From an uncultured Bacteroidota bacterium (lineage in GTDB: Bacteria > Bacteroidota > Bacteroidia > Chitinophagales > Chitinophagaceae): a stretch of DNA of 64,000 bases. Both the position numbers and the translations under genes were made by a program. The stretch covers positions 1,025-65,024 of the forward strand of contig CAIJFI010000013.1 of the NCBI GenBank assembly GCA_903819975.1. The letters run 5' to 3'. Position 1 is the first letter of the stretch. The number at the start of each line of letters is the position of its first letter. The notes beneath the pieces are model-generated. The model was not told the origin of the DNA and searched no databases. It worked only from the letters and a program-made list of their open reading frames with translations. Positions 21,392 through 32,336 of the stretch are shown here, piece by piece.

Positions 21392-22261
21392 TTATCCGTT
21401 TAATGCAGCAGCACCACTTACAATCTCCGTTAATTCGGTTGTAATGGCAGCTTGTCTTGCACGGTTGTAAGATATTTTCAAAGATTTTAATAATTCATTT
21501 GCATTCTCACTAGCCTTATCCATTGCTGTCATTCTTGCGCCATGCTCACTTGCATTTGCATCTAATACTGCTTTGAATAATTGAGTGTTTAAAATTTTAG
21601 GCATCAATTCGGCAACTAATATTTCTTTTTGTGGCTCAAAAATAAAATCAGTCTTCTTTTTATTAGACGCACTTACAATTTTCGGAATAGGCAAGAATTG
21701 TTCTGCTATAAATTCTTGTGTAGCAGCGTTTTTAAATTCGCTGTAAATAATATCAATCGCATCAAACTCTTTATTAGCAAATGCATCCATAGCGGCTTTA
21801 GCTGCAGCTTGTACATTTCCAAATGTCAAATGCAAAAAGATATCTTTAAAATCTGCATTGGTATTAAAACCGGATTTTGATAAACTCTCAAATCCTTTCT
21901 TACCAATATTCCAGATCGTAATTTTTTGAGTAGGGTACTTTTCTTCGATAGTCGCTTTTGCTAACTTTACTACGTTCGCATTGTAACCACCACATAATCC
22001 TCTGTCTGATGTGATAACAATTAATAATACATTGTTTACCGGACGTGTTTCAGCCAAAGCTAAATTCATATCACCTTCCAAGCTGCCAATGATATTGCTT
22101 AACATATCTTGTAACTTGCGCGCATAAGGTCTCATTTGAGTGATTGCATCTTGCGCACGGCGTAATTTAGCAGCACTTACCATTTTCATGGCTTTAGTGA
22201 TTTGCTGAGTACTTTGAGTACTTTTTATTCTATTTCTTACTTCTTTTAACTGACCAGCCAT
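21392..22261 (-). CDS. atpG: ATP synthase F1 gamma subunit
   Basis: ITKAMKMVSAAKLRRAQ; SDRGLCGGYN; SEHGARMTAM; NRARQAAITTEL. Confidence 0.97.
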   Translation of the reverse strand: MAGQLKEVRNRIKSTQSTQQITKAMKMVSAAKLRRAQDAITQMRPYARKLQDMLSNIIGSLEGDMNLALAETRPVNNVLLIVITSDRGLCGGYNANVVKLAKATIEEKYPTQKITIWNIGKKGFESLSKSGFNTNADFKDIFLHLTFGNVQAAAKAAMDAFANKEFDAIDIIYSEFKNAATQEFIAEQFLPIPKIVSASNKKKTDFIFEPQKEILVAELMPKILNTQLFKAVLDANASEHGARMTAMDKASENANELLKSLKISYNRARQAAITTELTEIVSGAAALNG

Positions 22262-22477
22262 AGCTTTAAAGTTTCCTGTGTTTTAGGCAGGCAAAGGTAT
22301 CATTTTTTTGCCCATTTTCCACTTTTCAGGCCCTTCAAGTTAATTTTTATATTGGTGCGCCTTTAAAATGGCCAAACTGCCCTCAAATCCTTACCTTTGA
22401 GACCCTTAATATGCCTATCAAAAAAGTTTGGCACGCATATTGACATAGGGACATTAACACATTTATTTACAAGGCAT

Positions 22478-25400
22478 ATGTTGCAAATTATAAGTAAGCT
22501 TTTTGGAGGATCCAAAAGTGAGAAAGACGTTAAAAAAATACAGCACTTAGTTGGGGTGATAAATGGTCATTTTGAGGGCTATAAATCCTTGGATAACGAC
22601 CAATTAAGAGGTAAAACAACCGAGTTAAAAGCTAAGATAAAGGCGCAAACCAGCGAATTAGATGCTTTAATTGAGGCAGAGCAAACAAAAGCGGAGGCCT
22701 TGCCAGTAAGTGATTTAATGGGCCGTGACGCGATTTATCAAAACATAGATAAGATTAAAAAGGATCGTGATCAGGAGATAGAGAAAGTACTTTGGAATAT
22801 TTTACCAGAAGCTTTTGCGGTAGTAAAGGAAACGGCTCGTCGTTTTACTGACAATGAGGAATTGGTTTCAACAGCTACTCAGTTGGATCGCGAGTTATCG
22901 GTAAGAAAAGAATATGTAGAAATTAAAGGTGACAAATCTGTATTTCAAACTACTTGGAATGCCGCAGGAACGCCGGTGACTTGGAATATGGTGCATTATG
23001 ACGTGCAATTAATTGGAGGTATTGTTTTACATGAGGGTAAAATTGCCGAAATGTCTACTGGTGAGGGTAAAACATTGGTGTCTACCTTGCCAGCTTATTT
23101 GAATGCTTTGGCAGGAGAAGGGGTGCATATTGTAACAGTGAATGATTACTTAGCAAAAAGAGATAGTGAATGGAATGGTACCATTTTTGAATGGTTGGGC
23201 ATCACAGTTGATTGTATAGATAAACATCAGCCTAATTCCGAAGAGCGTCGCAATGCTTACCGTGCAGATATTACTTACGGAACAAACAATGAATTTGGAT
23301 TTGACTATTTGAGAGATAATATGGTGCATACGCCAGAGGAAATGGTGCAACGCAAGCATCACTATGCAATGGTGGATGAGGTGGATAGTGTATTAATTGA
23401 CGATGCGCGTACGCCATTAATTATTTCTGGTCCAATTGGCCATCAAACTGGTGAGCAACAATTTTTTGATTTAAAACCAAGAATTGAAAAATTAGTTGAA
23501 GCACAAAAAAAGGTGGTGAGCCAATCTTTAATAGAAGCTAAAAAGAAATTGAGCGAAGGCAATGATGATCCTAAGGACGGCGGCCTTGCTTTGTATCGTG
23601 CATTTAGAGGATTGCCAAAAAGTGGTGCCTTAATTAAATATTTAAGTGAGCCAGGCGTAAGAGTGAAAATGCAAAAAGCAGAGAATCACTATTTAGCCGA
23701 TCAGCAAAGAGAAATGCATAATGTAGATGTAGATTTATATTTCCACATTGATGAAAAAAATAATTCTGTTGAATTAACAGAAAAGGGATTACAATTAATT
23801 ACAGGAGCTGGAGAAGACCCTAACTTTTTCTTATTGCCAGATATTAGTGTAGCGTTAAATGCAATTGATATTAATGCAGCAATAAGTGCTGAAGAAAAAT
23901 TACAACAAAAGGAAGTTATCATAACCGACTATAGTATTAAGGCCGATCGTATTCATACCGTGAACCAATTATTAAAAGCCTATACTTTATTTGACAAAGA
24001 TGTTGAATATGTTGTTATAGAAGGTCAGGTGAAAATTGTAGATGAGCAAACAGGTCGTATCATGGAAGGTCGTCGTTACTCCGATGGCTTGCATCAAGCA
24101 ATTGAAGCAAAAGAAAATGTGAAGATCGAAGCTGCTACGCAAACCTATGCTACTATTACATTACAGAACTTCTTTAGAATGTACCATAAGCTAGGTGGTA
24201 TGACGGGTACTGCCGAAACAGAAGCGTCAGAGTTTTGGAGTATTTATAAGTTAGATGTAGTTTCTATTCCTACTAATATTCCTGCCGTAAGAGTGGATGA
24301 GCAAGACATGGTATTTAAAACCAAGCGTGAAAAATTTGGCGCGGTAATAGATGCTATCGAAACTTTACGTGAACAAGGAAGACCGGTTTTATGCGGTACT
24401 ACTAGCGTTGAAGTGAGTGAGTTATTAAGTAGAATGCTTCGTCAAAAAAATATTCCACACAATGTATTAAACGCGAAACAACATGCGCGTGAAGCACAAG
24501 TAGTTGCGGAAGCAGGTTTAACAGGCGCTGTAACTATTGCAACAAACATGGCTGGTCGTGGAACGGATATTAAATTAAGCCCTGAAGTGAAAGCTGCAGG
24601 TGGTTTAGCAATATTAGGTACAGAGCGTCATGAGTCTCGTCGTGTAGACAGACAGTTAAGAGGTCGTGCTGGACGTCAGGGTGATCCGGGTTCTTCTCAA
24701 TTCTTTGTCTCATTGGAAGACGATTTGATGCGCATGTTTGGTAGTGAGCGTATTGCGAAAGTGATGGACTTTGCTGGTTATAAAGAAGGCGAAGTGATAC
24801 AACATAGCATGATCACTAAGTCTATTGAAAGAGCACAAAAGAAAGTTGAGGAAAATAACTTTGGTATCAGAAAGCGTTTGTTGGAATATGACGATGTAAT
24901 GAATAAACAAAGAGCTGTGATTTACAAAAAACGTAATCACGCATTGTTTGGAGATCGTTTAGCATTAGATATTGACAATGCGTTCTATCAAGTAATTGAA
25001 GGGCTTGTAATATCTCAAAAATCCAATGGCAGTTACGAAGATTTCAAATTAGCATTAATTGTTAGTGGCGGGTTTGATACTAAAATTTCTGCAGAAGAAT
25101 TTGCGTCTACAAAAGAAAATGATTTAGTAGAAGCAGTGTATCAAGAAGCAATTGCACATTACGAATACAAGAAAAAAGATATTATGCAGGAAAGCATTCC
25201 TGTATTTAAGAAAATACGTTTGGAGCAAGGCAATCATATTGAAAATGTAATTGTTCCTGTTGGAGATGGCAAGGTTGCTTATAATGTGCTTGTGAATTTA
25301 GATAAGAACGTAAGTACAGGTGGTCAAACATTGGCTACACAAGCAGAAAAGTCTATTTCATTAAGTTTAATTGACGATGCATGGAAAGAGCATTTACGTG

Positions 25401-25774
25401 CAATGGACGATTTAAAACAATCGGTACAAACTGCTACCTACGAACAAAAAGATCCATTGGTAATTTACAAAATGGAAGCATTTGAATTGTTCCGTAAAAT
25501 GGATATTGAAATCAATCATAAGTTGGTTCAGTTCTTATGCCATGTGCATTTACCAATTGAGCAAGGCGTGAGAGAAGGCCGTCAAGAAAAAACAGATTTA
25601 AGCAAGCTAAGCGCAGGTAGAACGGAAGAAGGTGTTGGCGAAAAACAATACCATGATCCTAGTGAACAAAAACAATCCCCAATAACTGTAGGTCCAAAAA
25701 TTGGACGCAACGATCCATGTCCTTGTGGTAGTGGAAAAAAATATAAAGCTTGTCATGGAAAAGATGCCGCTTAA
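22478..25774 (+). CDS. secA: Protein translocase ATPase SecA
   Basis: MSTGEGKT, VDEVDSVLIDDARTPLIISG, ATNMAGRGTDI, C-terminal CPCGSGKKYKACH. ATG 22478 preferred. Confidence 0.98.
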   Translation: MLQIISKLFGGSKSEKDVKKIQHLVGVINGHFEGYKSLDNDQLRGKTTELKAKIKAQTSELDALIEAEQTKAEALPVSDLMGRDAIYQNIDKIKKDRDQEIEKVLWNILPEAFAVVKETARRFTDNEELVSTATQLDRELSVRKEYVEIKGDKSVFQTTWNAAGTPVTWNMVHYDVQLIGGIVLHEGKIAEMSTGEGKTLVSTLPAYLNALAGEGVHIVTVNDYLAKRDSEWNGTIFEWLGITVDCIDKHQPNSEERRNAYRADITYGTNNEFGFDYLRDNMVHTPEEMVQRKHHYAMVDEVDSVLIDDARTPLIISGPIGHQTGEQQFFDLKPRIEKLVEAQKKVVSQSLIEAKKKLSEGNDDPKDGGLALYRAFRGLPKSGALIKYLSEPGVRVKMQKAENHYLADQQREMHNVDVDLYFHIDEKNNSVELTEKGLQLITGAGEDPNFFLLPDISVALNAIDINAAISAEEKLQQKEVIITDYSIKADRIHTVNQLLKAYTLFDKDVEYVVIEGQVKIVDEQTGRIMEGRRYSDGLHQAIEAKENVKIEAATQTYATITLQNFFRMYHKLGGMTGTAETEASEFWSIYKLDVVSIPTNIPAVRVDEQDMVFKTKREKFGAVIDAIETLREQGRPVLCGTTSVEVSELLSRMLRQKNIPHNVLNAKQHAREAQVVAEAGLTGAVTIATNMAGRGTDIKLSPEVKAAGGLAILGTERHESRRVDRQLRGRAGRQGDPGSSQFFVSLEDDLMRMFGSERIAKVMDFAGYKEGEVIQHSMITKSIERAQKKVEENNFGIRKRLLEYDDVMNKQRAVIYKKRNHALFGDRLALDIDNAFYQVIEGLVISQKSNGSYEDFKLALIVSGGFDTKISAEEFASTKENDLVEAVYQEAIAHYEYKKKDIMQESIPVFKKIRLEQGNHIENVIVPVGDGKVAYNVLVNLDKNVSTGGQTLATQAEKSISLSLIDDAWKEHLRAMDDLKQSVQTATYEQKDPLVIYKMEAFELFRKMDIEINHKLVQFLCHVHLPIEQGVREGRQEKTDLSKLSAGRTEEGVGEKQYHDPSEQKQSPITVGPKIGRNDPCPCGSGKKYKACHGKDAA

Positions 25775-26441
25775 TAAATATATCGACCACACTATCTTAA
25801 AACCAACTTGTTTGGTTGCAGATATTCAAAAGCTTTGTGCAGAAGCAATTCAGTATGATTTTGCAGCTGTTTGCGTGCCACCGAATTTTGTAAAATTGGC
25901 AAAAGCAGAAGTGGAAGGATCGGATGTTAAAGTGGCAACCGTAATTGGTTTCCCTTTTGGTTATAGTGCAACCGAAGCAAAGATTGCTGAAATTATTTTA
26001 GCAATGGTGGATGGTGCTGACGAGTTAGATGTGGTTGCTAATATTTCGGCTATAAAAAATGGAGATTGGGCTGCTATTGCCGACGAGATAAATCATATCA
26101 TGCCTATCATAAGATCAAAAGGGAAGGCAGTAAAAATTATTATTGAGTCGGGTGTATTAACGGACGATGAAATTATAAAGTGCTGTGATATATATGGTAT
26201 TGCGGGCATTGACTTTTTAAAGACATCTACAGGCTATGCCGAAAAAGGAGCTAGCGTAGAAGCAGTTACTTTATTCCGAAAACATTTGCCTGATTCAATT
26301 CAAATTAAAGCTTCTGGGGGCATTAGAGACTATGTAACTGCTAAACAAATGATAGAAGCTGGAGCTACACGTATTGGGTGTAGCGCAGGTGTGGCTATCG
26401 TAACAGGAGCCAATACAGAAAATGTAAAAAGCAACTATTAA
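25764..26441 (+). CDS. deoC: Deoxyribose-phosphate aldolase
   Basis: IDHTILKP, VIGFPFG, KIIIES, KTSTG, KASGGIR. Start overlaps the secA stop. Confidence 0.95.
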   Translation: MPLNKYIDHTILKPTCLVADIQKLCAEAIQYDFAAVCVPPNFVKLAKAEVEGSDVKVATVIGFPFGYSATEAKIAEIILAMVDGADELDVVANISAIKNGDWAAIADEINHIMPIIRSKGKAVKIIIESGVLTDDEIIKCCDIYGIAGIDFLKTSTGYAEKGASVEAVTLFRKHLPDSIQIKASGGIRDYVTAKQMIEAGATRIGCSAGVAIVTGANTENVKSNY

Positions 26442-26480
26442 TTTGTAACTTTAAATAGTTCAAAATCTTAGTCTACTACT

Positions 26481-27665
26481 ATGTTATTAGAAAAAATAAA
26501 ATCATTAGCTGCTCAAGGGCAGGAAGAAAATATTGCGATACGCAGACATTTGCATGCGCATCCTGAATTAAGTTATCAAGAATTTGAAACCTGCAAATTT
26601 GTGCAAGCTCAATTAACCAAAATTGGAATTCCATTTACGGTAATTGCAACAACAGGCGTACTCGGAATAATTGAAGGAAAAAATCCAAGCAGTCGTGTAA
26701 TAGCTTTACGTGCCGATATGGATGCACTTCCAATTGTAGAAGAGAACGATGTAGATTATAAATCAAAAAACGAAGGTGTAATGCATGCATGTGGGCATGA
26801 TGTGCACACAACTATATTATTAGGCGCAGCGAAAATTTTATGGAGTTTAAGAGGCGAGTTTGAAGGAACTATAAAATTATTGTTTCAACCTGGTGAAGAA
26901 AAAAATCCAGGCGGAGCAAGCTATATGATTCGTGATGGCGCATTGCAAAACCCTACACCACAAGGTATCATTGGCTTACACGTACATCCAGGTTTGCCAT
27001 ATGGTAAATTAAGTTTTAGAAAAGGACGTGTAATGGCAAGTGCCGATGAATTATATGTAAGTATTAAATCAAGTGGTGGTCATGCTGCAACCCCTCATCA
27101 AACTGTTGATACCGTTTTAGTAGCTGCGCAATTAATTACAAGTTTGCAAACTATTATTTCACGTAATAGAAATCCACAAAATCCTTCTGTCTTATCTATA
27201 TGTTCAATACATGGAGGCAATACAACTAATGTCATTCCAAGTGAAGTTAAATTAATGGGAACTTTCAGAGCAATGGATGAAGTGTGGCGTTTTAAAGCAC
27301 ACGAACTAATGCTTCAACAAGCAAAAGGTTTGGCAATAGCAACTGGTGCTGAGATAGATTTTAGAGTGGATGTAGGTTATCCGACAGTGGACAACGAACC
27401 AATGATTACTGAAGCTGCTTGGAGATTAGCAGATGAATATATGGGAGCAGAAAATGTAGAAGAAACAGAACTTAGAATGGGTGCCGAAGATTTCGGATAT
27501 TATTCTCAAGTAATTCCAGGATGCTTTTTCCGTCTTGGAGTAAGAAACGAATCTAAGGATGCAATTCATAATGTACATACACCAGTATTTAAAGTAGACG
27601 AGGATGCAATAGCAAATGGTGTGGGTATGATGGCTTGGTTAGGGGTAGGTTTATTTACTAAATAG
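26481..27665 (+). CDS. M20D family amidohydrolase
   Basis: RRHLHAHPELS, LRADMDALP, MHACGHD, FQPGEE, AEDF. Confidence 0.93.
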   Translation: MLLEKIKSLAAQGQEENIAIRRHLHAHPELSYQEFETCKFVQAQLTKIGIPFTVIATTGVLGIIEGKNPSSRVIALRADMDALPIVEENDVDYKSKNEGVMHACGHDVHTTILLGAAKILWSLRGEFEGTIKLLFQPGEEKNPGGASYMIRDGALQNPTPQGIIGLHVHPGLPYGKLSFRKGRVMASADELYVSIKSSGGHAATPHQTVDTVLVAAQLITSLQTIISRNRNPQNPSVLSICSIHGGNTTNVIPSEVKLMGTFRAMDEVWRFKAHELMLQQAKGLAIATGAEIDFRVDVGYPTVDNEPMITEAAWRLADEYMGAENVEETELRMGAEDFGYYSQVIPGCFFRLGVRNESKDAIHNVHTPVFKVDEDAIANGVGMMAWLGVGLFTK

Positions 27666-27772
27666 TCATCTGGCCTTAATAATCAATCATTTACAAGCTT
27701 AAACACAAGGTTTTCAATTAATTCAGTAGCTTTGTAGTACTTGTAAACTAACATTCGTTATAAATTTATTAC

Positions 27773-30115
27773 ATGTCGAATAAACAGAACCTTCGCAAAG
27801 ATCAAGCGCTTGAGTATCACGCTAACGGACGTCCAGGAAAAATTGAAGTAATTCCTACCAAAGAAACTAAAACGCAGAAAGATTTATCATTAGCATATAG
27901 TCCTGGTGTTGCGATACCATGTACAGAAATTCACAACAATCCATCGGACGTTTATAAATACACCGCCAAAGGAAATTTAGTTGGTGTAATTACCAATGGT
28001 ACGGCTGTTTTAGGATTAGGAAATATAGGTCCCGAAGCAAGTAAGCCGGTGATGGAAGGTAAGGCGGTATTGTTTAAAATTTTTGCAGACATTGACGTTT
28101 TTGATATTGAGATTAATGAAACAGATCCCGATAAATTTGTACAAATAGTTAAATCACTTGAGCCAACATTTGGTGGTATTAACTTAGAAGATATTAAAGC
28201 ACCTGAATGTTTTTACATAGAGCAAAAGCTTAAGGAGCAAATGAATATTCCAGTGATGCATGACGACCAACACGGAACTGCTATTATTAGTAGTGCTGCA
28301 TTGTTGAATGCATTAGAATTGCAAAAGAAAAAAATTGATAAAGCTAAATTTGTAATTAGTGGTGCAGGTGCTGCTGCAATGGCTTGTATTAAATTATATG
28401 TTGCATTAGGCGCAAAATATGAAAATTTCACTTTGTTTGATAAAGACGGAGTTTTGCATATTGGTAGAACCGATTTAGGCGAGGATAGAAAACCATTTGC
28501 AGTAAAATCAAAGGATGTTACTTTACAGCAAGCCTTTAAAAATGCAGATGTATTTTTAGGATTAAGTGTTGGCAATGTTGTAACTCCAGAAATGGTTGCA
28601 AGTATGCCAAAAAATCCAATCGTTTTTGCATTGGCGAATCCTGATCCAGAAATTGCTTACGAAACTGCTTCAGCTGTTCGTAAGGATATTATTATGGCAA
28701 CAGGTCGTTCTGATTATCCTAACCAAGTGAACAATGTTTTAGGGTTCCCTTATATTTTTAGAGGTGCATTGGATGTACGCGCAAAGCAAATTAATGAAGC
28801 TATGAAATTAGCTGCTGTTAAAGCTTTAGCCGAACTTGCAAAGACTGCAGTTCCTGACATTGTAAACATGGCATACAATCAACAAAATTTATGTTTTGGT
28901 AATGATTATATTATACCAAAACCATTAGATCCAAGATTGTTAAGTACACTTGCTCCTGCGGTTGCGAAAGCAGCAATTGAGTCTGGTGTAGCACAATTAA
29001 AAATTGCTAACTGGGATGAGTATGTTTTACAATTAAATAAGCGTTTAGGTTTAGACAATCAATTAATGCGTTTAATTAGTAACAAAGCAAGGCGTGATCC
29101 AAAACGTTTGGTATTTGCTGATGCAGAAAATACGAAGGTGTTAAAAGCAGCAAGCATTGTGTATGATGATGGCATAGCTTATCCAATTTTATTAGGAAAC
29201 GAAGCAAGAATTAAAAGTATAGCAGACGCTAACAATATTGATATCACCGACTTGCCAATTATTGATGTGCGTAGTGATGCAATGGAAGCGAAGCGTGAAT
29301 TTTTCGGTTCTTTATTATTCCAAAAAAGACAACGCAAGGGCGTAAATAAATACGAGAGTTTAAAATTAATGCGCACTCAAAATTATTTTGGTGCCATGAT
29401 GGTGGAAACGGGCGAAGCAGATGCAATGTTGTCTGGGTTAACTAGAAACTATGCGGACGGCATCAAACCTGCATTACAAATAATAGGTGTGGAAGAGAAC
29501 GGAAGTAAGATTGCAGGTATGTATTTATTGTTGACTAAAAAAGGTCCTTTATTCTTAGCAGACACTACTGTAAATATTAATCCAACAGCCGAAGAAATTG
29601 CTGATATTACTTTGCTTGTAGCTAAAGAAGTACGCAATTTTAATATGGTGCCAAGAGTGGCTATGTTAAGCTATTCTAATTTTGGTAGTAGTGATACGCC
29701 AGAAGCTAAGAAAATGGCGGAGGCGACAAGAATTGTGAAGCAGAAAAATCCAAACTTAATTGTGGATGGTGAGATGCAAGGGATGTTGGCATTTAACAAA
29801 GAAATTTTAAGAGACAATTATCCATTCAGTGATTTAGTAGATGCCGATGTGAACGTACTTATTTTTCCTAATTTAACTGCTGGAAATATTTCATATCACT
29901 TACTTAAGGAAGTGGGTGGGGTAGATATTATTGGTCCAATTTTATTAGGTCTTAAAAAGCCTGTAAACGTGTTGCAATTAGGATCTGATGTGCGAAATAT
30001 CATTAATATGGCTACTGTTTCGGTAGTGGATGCGCAATTAAAAACCCGAATTGATACCGATGCCGAAGTGCAAAGAACAAGTTGGTGGAAACGCATGAAA
30101 AAGCGTAAGAAGTAG
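27773..30115 (+). CDS. maeB: NADP-dependent malic enzyme fused to a phosphotransacetylase-like domain
   Basis: [47 protein letters not shown]; PTA-like C-terminal half. Confidence 0.95.
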   Translation: MSNKQNLRKDQALEYHANGRPGKIEVIPTKETKTQKDLSLAYSPGVAIPCTEIHNNPSDVYKYTAKGNLVGVITNGTAVLGLGNIGPEASKPVMEGKAVLFKIFADIDVFDIEINETDPDKFVQIVKSLEPTFGGINLEDIKAPECFYIEQKLKEQMNIPVMHDDQHGTAIISSAALLNALELQKKKIDKAKFVISGAGAAAMACIKLYVALGAKYENFTLFDKDGVLHIGRTDLGEDRKPFAVKSKDVTLQQAFKNADVFLGLSVGNVVTPEMVASMPKNPIVFALANPDPEIAYETASAVRKDIIMATGRSDYPNQVNNVLGFPYIFRGALDVRAKQINEAMKLAAVKALAELAKTAVPDIVNMAYNQQNLCFGNDYIIPKPLDPRLLSTLAPAVAKAAIESGVAQLKIANWDEYVLQLNKRLGLDNQLMRLISNKARRDPKRLVFADAENTKVLKAASIVYDDGIAYPILLGNEARIKSIADANNIDITDLPIIDVRSDAMEAKREFFGSLLFQKRQRKGVNKYESLKLMRTQNYFGAMMVETGEADAMLSGLTRNYADGIKPALQIIGVEENGSKIAGMYLLLTKKGPLFLADTTVNINPTAEEIADITLLVAKEVRNFNMVPRVAMLSYSNFGSSDTPEAKKMAEATRIVKQKNPNLIVDGEMQGMLAFNKEILRDNYPFSDLVDADVNVLIFPNLTAGNISYHLLKEVGGVDIIGPILLGLKKPVNVLQLGSDVRNIINMATVSVVDAQLKTRIDTDAEVQRTSWWKRMKKRKK

Positions 30116-30135
30116 AAAATCACTAACTTTACGGT

Positions 30136-30873
30136 ATGAATTTTTTCACGCATTTTGGCAAATACCTTTTGATGTTAAAGGGCATGTTCACCAAGACAGA
30201 CAATAAAAAGATGTTTTGGAAGGAATACATGAAACAGTGCTATGATATTGGCATAGGTTCATTGCCAATTGTAATTATCATTTCTTTTTTCTTGGGTGCA
30301 GTTATGACAGTTCAAACTACTGCCCAATTAGTGAATCCAATGGTGCCGTTATCCACTATTGGTATTATAGTGCGAGATGGAATGATATTAGAATTTGCAC
30401 CCACTTTTTTATGTATTGTGTTAGCAGGAGTTGTGGGAAGTAAGATTGCAAGCGAGTTAGGCAATATGCGAACTACAGAGCAAATAGACGCATTAGAAAT
30501 TATTGGAATCAATTCAAAAAACTATCTTATTCTTCCTAAAATTCTAGGTGCTTTCACCATGGTTCCTTTACTAGTAGGCATTTCTGCAGTAATTGGAATA
30601 TGGGGTGGATATTTGGTAGGAGGTTGGGCTGGTGTAATTCCAAACGAGGTTTTTTTAAACGGTATTAGAAAAGGGTTGAACACTAGTTATATTAGTGTTG
30701 CATTTTATAAGTCATTCATTTTCGCATTTATTATAAGTACTGTTCCTGCTTACTTTGGCTACTATGTAAAAGGTGGCGCATTAGAAATTGGTAAGGCCGG
30801 GACTAGGTCGGTAGTAGTAAGTTGTATCTTAATTTTAATAGCCGATTATTTAGTGGCTACCATCGCATTATAG
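30136..30873 (+). CDS. mlaE: MlaE-family ABC permease
   Basis: IASELGNMRTTEQIDALEIIG motif. Confidence 0.9.
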   Translation: MNFFTHFGKYLLMLKGMFTKTDNKKMFWKEYMKQCYDIGIGSLPIVIIISFFLGAVMTVQTTAQLVNPMVPLSTIGIIVRDGMILEFAPTFLCIVLAGVVGSKIASELGNMRTTEQIDALEIIGINSKNYLILPKILGAFTMVPLLVGISAVIGIWGGYLVGGWAGVIPNEVFLNGIRKGLNTSYISVAFYKSFIFAFIISTVPAYFGYYVKGGALEIGKAGTRSVVVSCILILIADYLVATIAL

Positions 30874-30901
30874 TTTAACTTAGTAGTATTAAATTTTTCA
30901 A

Positions 30902-32305
30902 ATGAAAATAAGTTTTCACGGAGCTGCGCGTACAGTTACAGGTTCAAAGCATTTAGTACAATTAGACAATGGGGAAAGTTTTTTATTAGACTGTGGAATG
31001 TTTCAAGGAATGGGACGTGATACAGATGGTCTAAATGCAAGTTTTGGTTTTGATGCATCAAAACTTGACTACGTCATATTATCTCATGCGCATATCGATC
31101 ATACAGGATTGCTGCCTAAATTAGCAAAGGAAGGGTTTAAGGGGAATATATATTGTACACCTGCAACAAAAGCGTTGACCGAGATACTCTTAGAAGACTC
31201 AGCAATGATTCAGCGCGATGATGCAAAATTCGGGAATAAGCGCAGAGCTAAACAAGGGCTTCCACCAATTGAACCCTTATATGACATGGACGATGTGGCT
31301 TTAGTATTGCCACTTCTTACTGTTGTAGAGTATAATAAAGCAACTCAAATAACAAGCAGTGTTGAATTATTATATACCGATGCAGGCCATATTATTGGAA
31401 GTGCCGCTGTGAATTTAAAAATTAAAGAAGGTGGAGAAGTTAAGACTTTGACTTTTAGTGGAGACATTGGAAGATATAGAGATATGATTTTAAGATCTCC
31501 TGCAGCTTTTCCACCGGCAGATTTTATTATAATTGAAAGTACTTATGGAGACAAATTGCACGACCTAATTCATACTACGCCAGATGATTTATTACATTGG
31601 ATACAAACTATCTGCGTTGAAAATAAAGGTAATTTAATTATACCTGCATTTAGTGTTGGTCGCACTCAGGAAATATTATATGAGTTAAACCAGTTGTCAT
31701 TAGAAAAACGTTTGCCGCATGTTCCTGTTTATGTTGATAGTCCTTTAAGTATTGAAGCAACGGATGTGATAAAGCAGTTCCCTAAATATTTTAATAAAAC
31801 CATTCAACATGTTTTAGAAGTAGACGATGATCCATTTGATTTTGAAGGGTTACGTTACATTAAATCTGTAGACGAGAGTAAAGCGTTGAATGAAGACATG
31901 CATCCAAAAGTAATTATCTCTGCTTCAGGTATGGCAGATGCAGGTAGGGTGAAGCATCATATAAAAAACAATATTGGAAATCCTAAGTGCGCTATATTAT
32001 TAGTAGGTTATTGTGAGCCACATTCACTTGGAGGCCGCTTAATGAATGGTCAAAAGGAAGTGCGCATTTATAGCGACACTTATCCTGTTATCGCTAAAGT
32101 GGGTTCAATCCGAAGCATGAGTGCACATGGCGACTACGAGGATTTAATGCAGTTTTTGGCCTGTCAAAATCCAGAGGCGGTTAAGCAAATATATGTAGTA
32201 CATGGTGAAGCCGAAGTGCAGGATCATTTTGCTGAAAGACTCCGTAAGAAAGGTTTTAAGGAAGTAATAGTCCCTGAAATGCATGAGACTTTTGTGATGC
32301 AGTAA
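30902..32305 (+). CDS. MBL-fold/beta-CASP metallo-hydrolase (Ysh1/RNase J-like)
   Basis: SHAHIDH, AGHIIGS, FSGDIG, ESTYG, PAFSVGRTQE, SAHGD. Confidence 0.92.
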   Translation: MKISFHGAARTVTGSKHLVQLDNGESFLLDCGMFQGMGRDTDGLNASFGFDASKLDYVILSHAHIDHTGLLPKLAKEGFKGNIYCTPATKALTEILLEDSAMIQRDDAKFGNKRRAKQGLPPIEPLYDMDDVALVLPLLTVVEYNKATQITSSVELLYTDAGHIIGSAAVNLKIKEGGEVKTLTFSGDIGRYRDMILRSPAAFPPADFIIIESTYGDKLHDLIHTTPDDLLHWIQTICVENKGNLIIPAFSVGRTQEILYELNQLSLEKRLPHVPVYVDSPLSIEATDVIKQFPKYFNKTIQHVLEVDDDPFDFEGLRYIKSVDESKALNEDMHPKVIISASGMADAGRVKHHIKNNIGNPKCAILLVGYCEPHSLGGRLMNGQKEVRIYSDTYPVIAKVGSIRSMSAHGDYEDLMQFLACQNPEAVKQIYVVHGEAEVQDHFAERLRKKGFKEVIVPEMHETFVMQ

Positions 32306-32336
32306 TGGTTTGGGGTAATTTTATTAAATTTACTCC

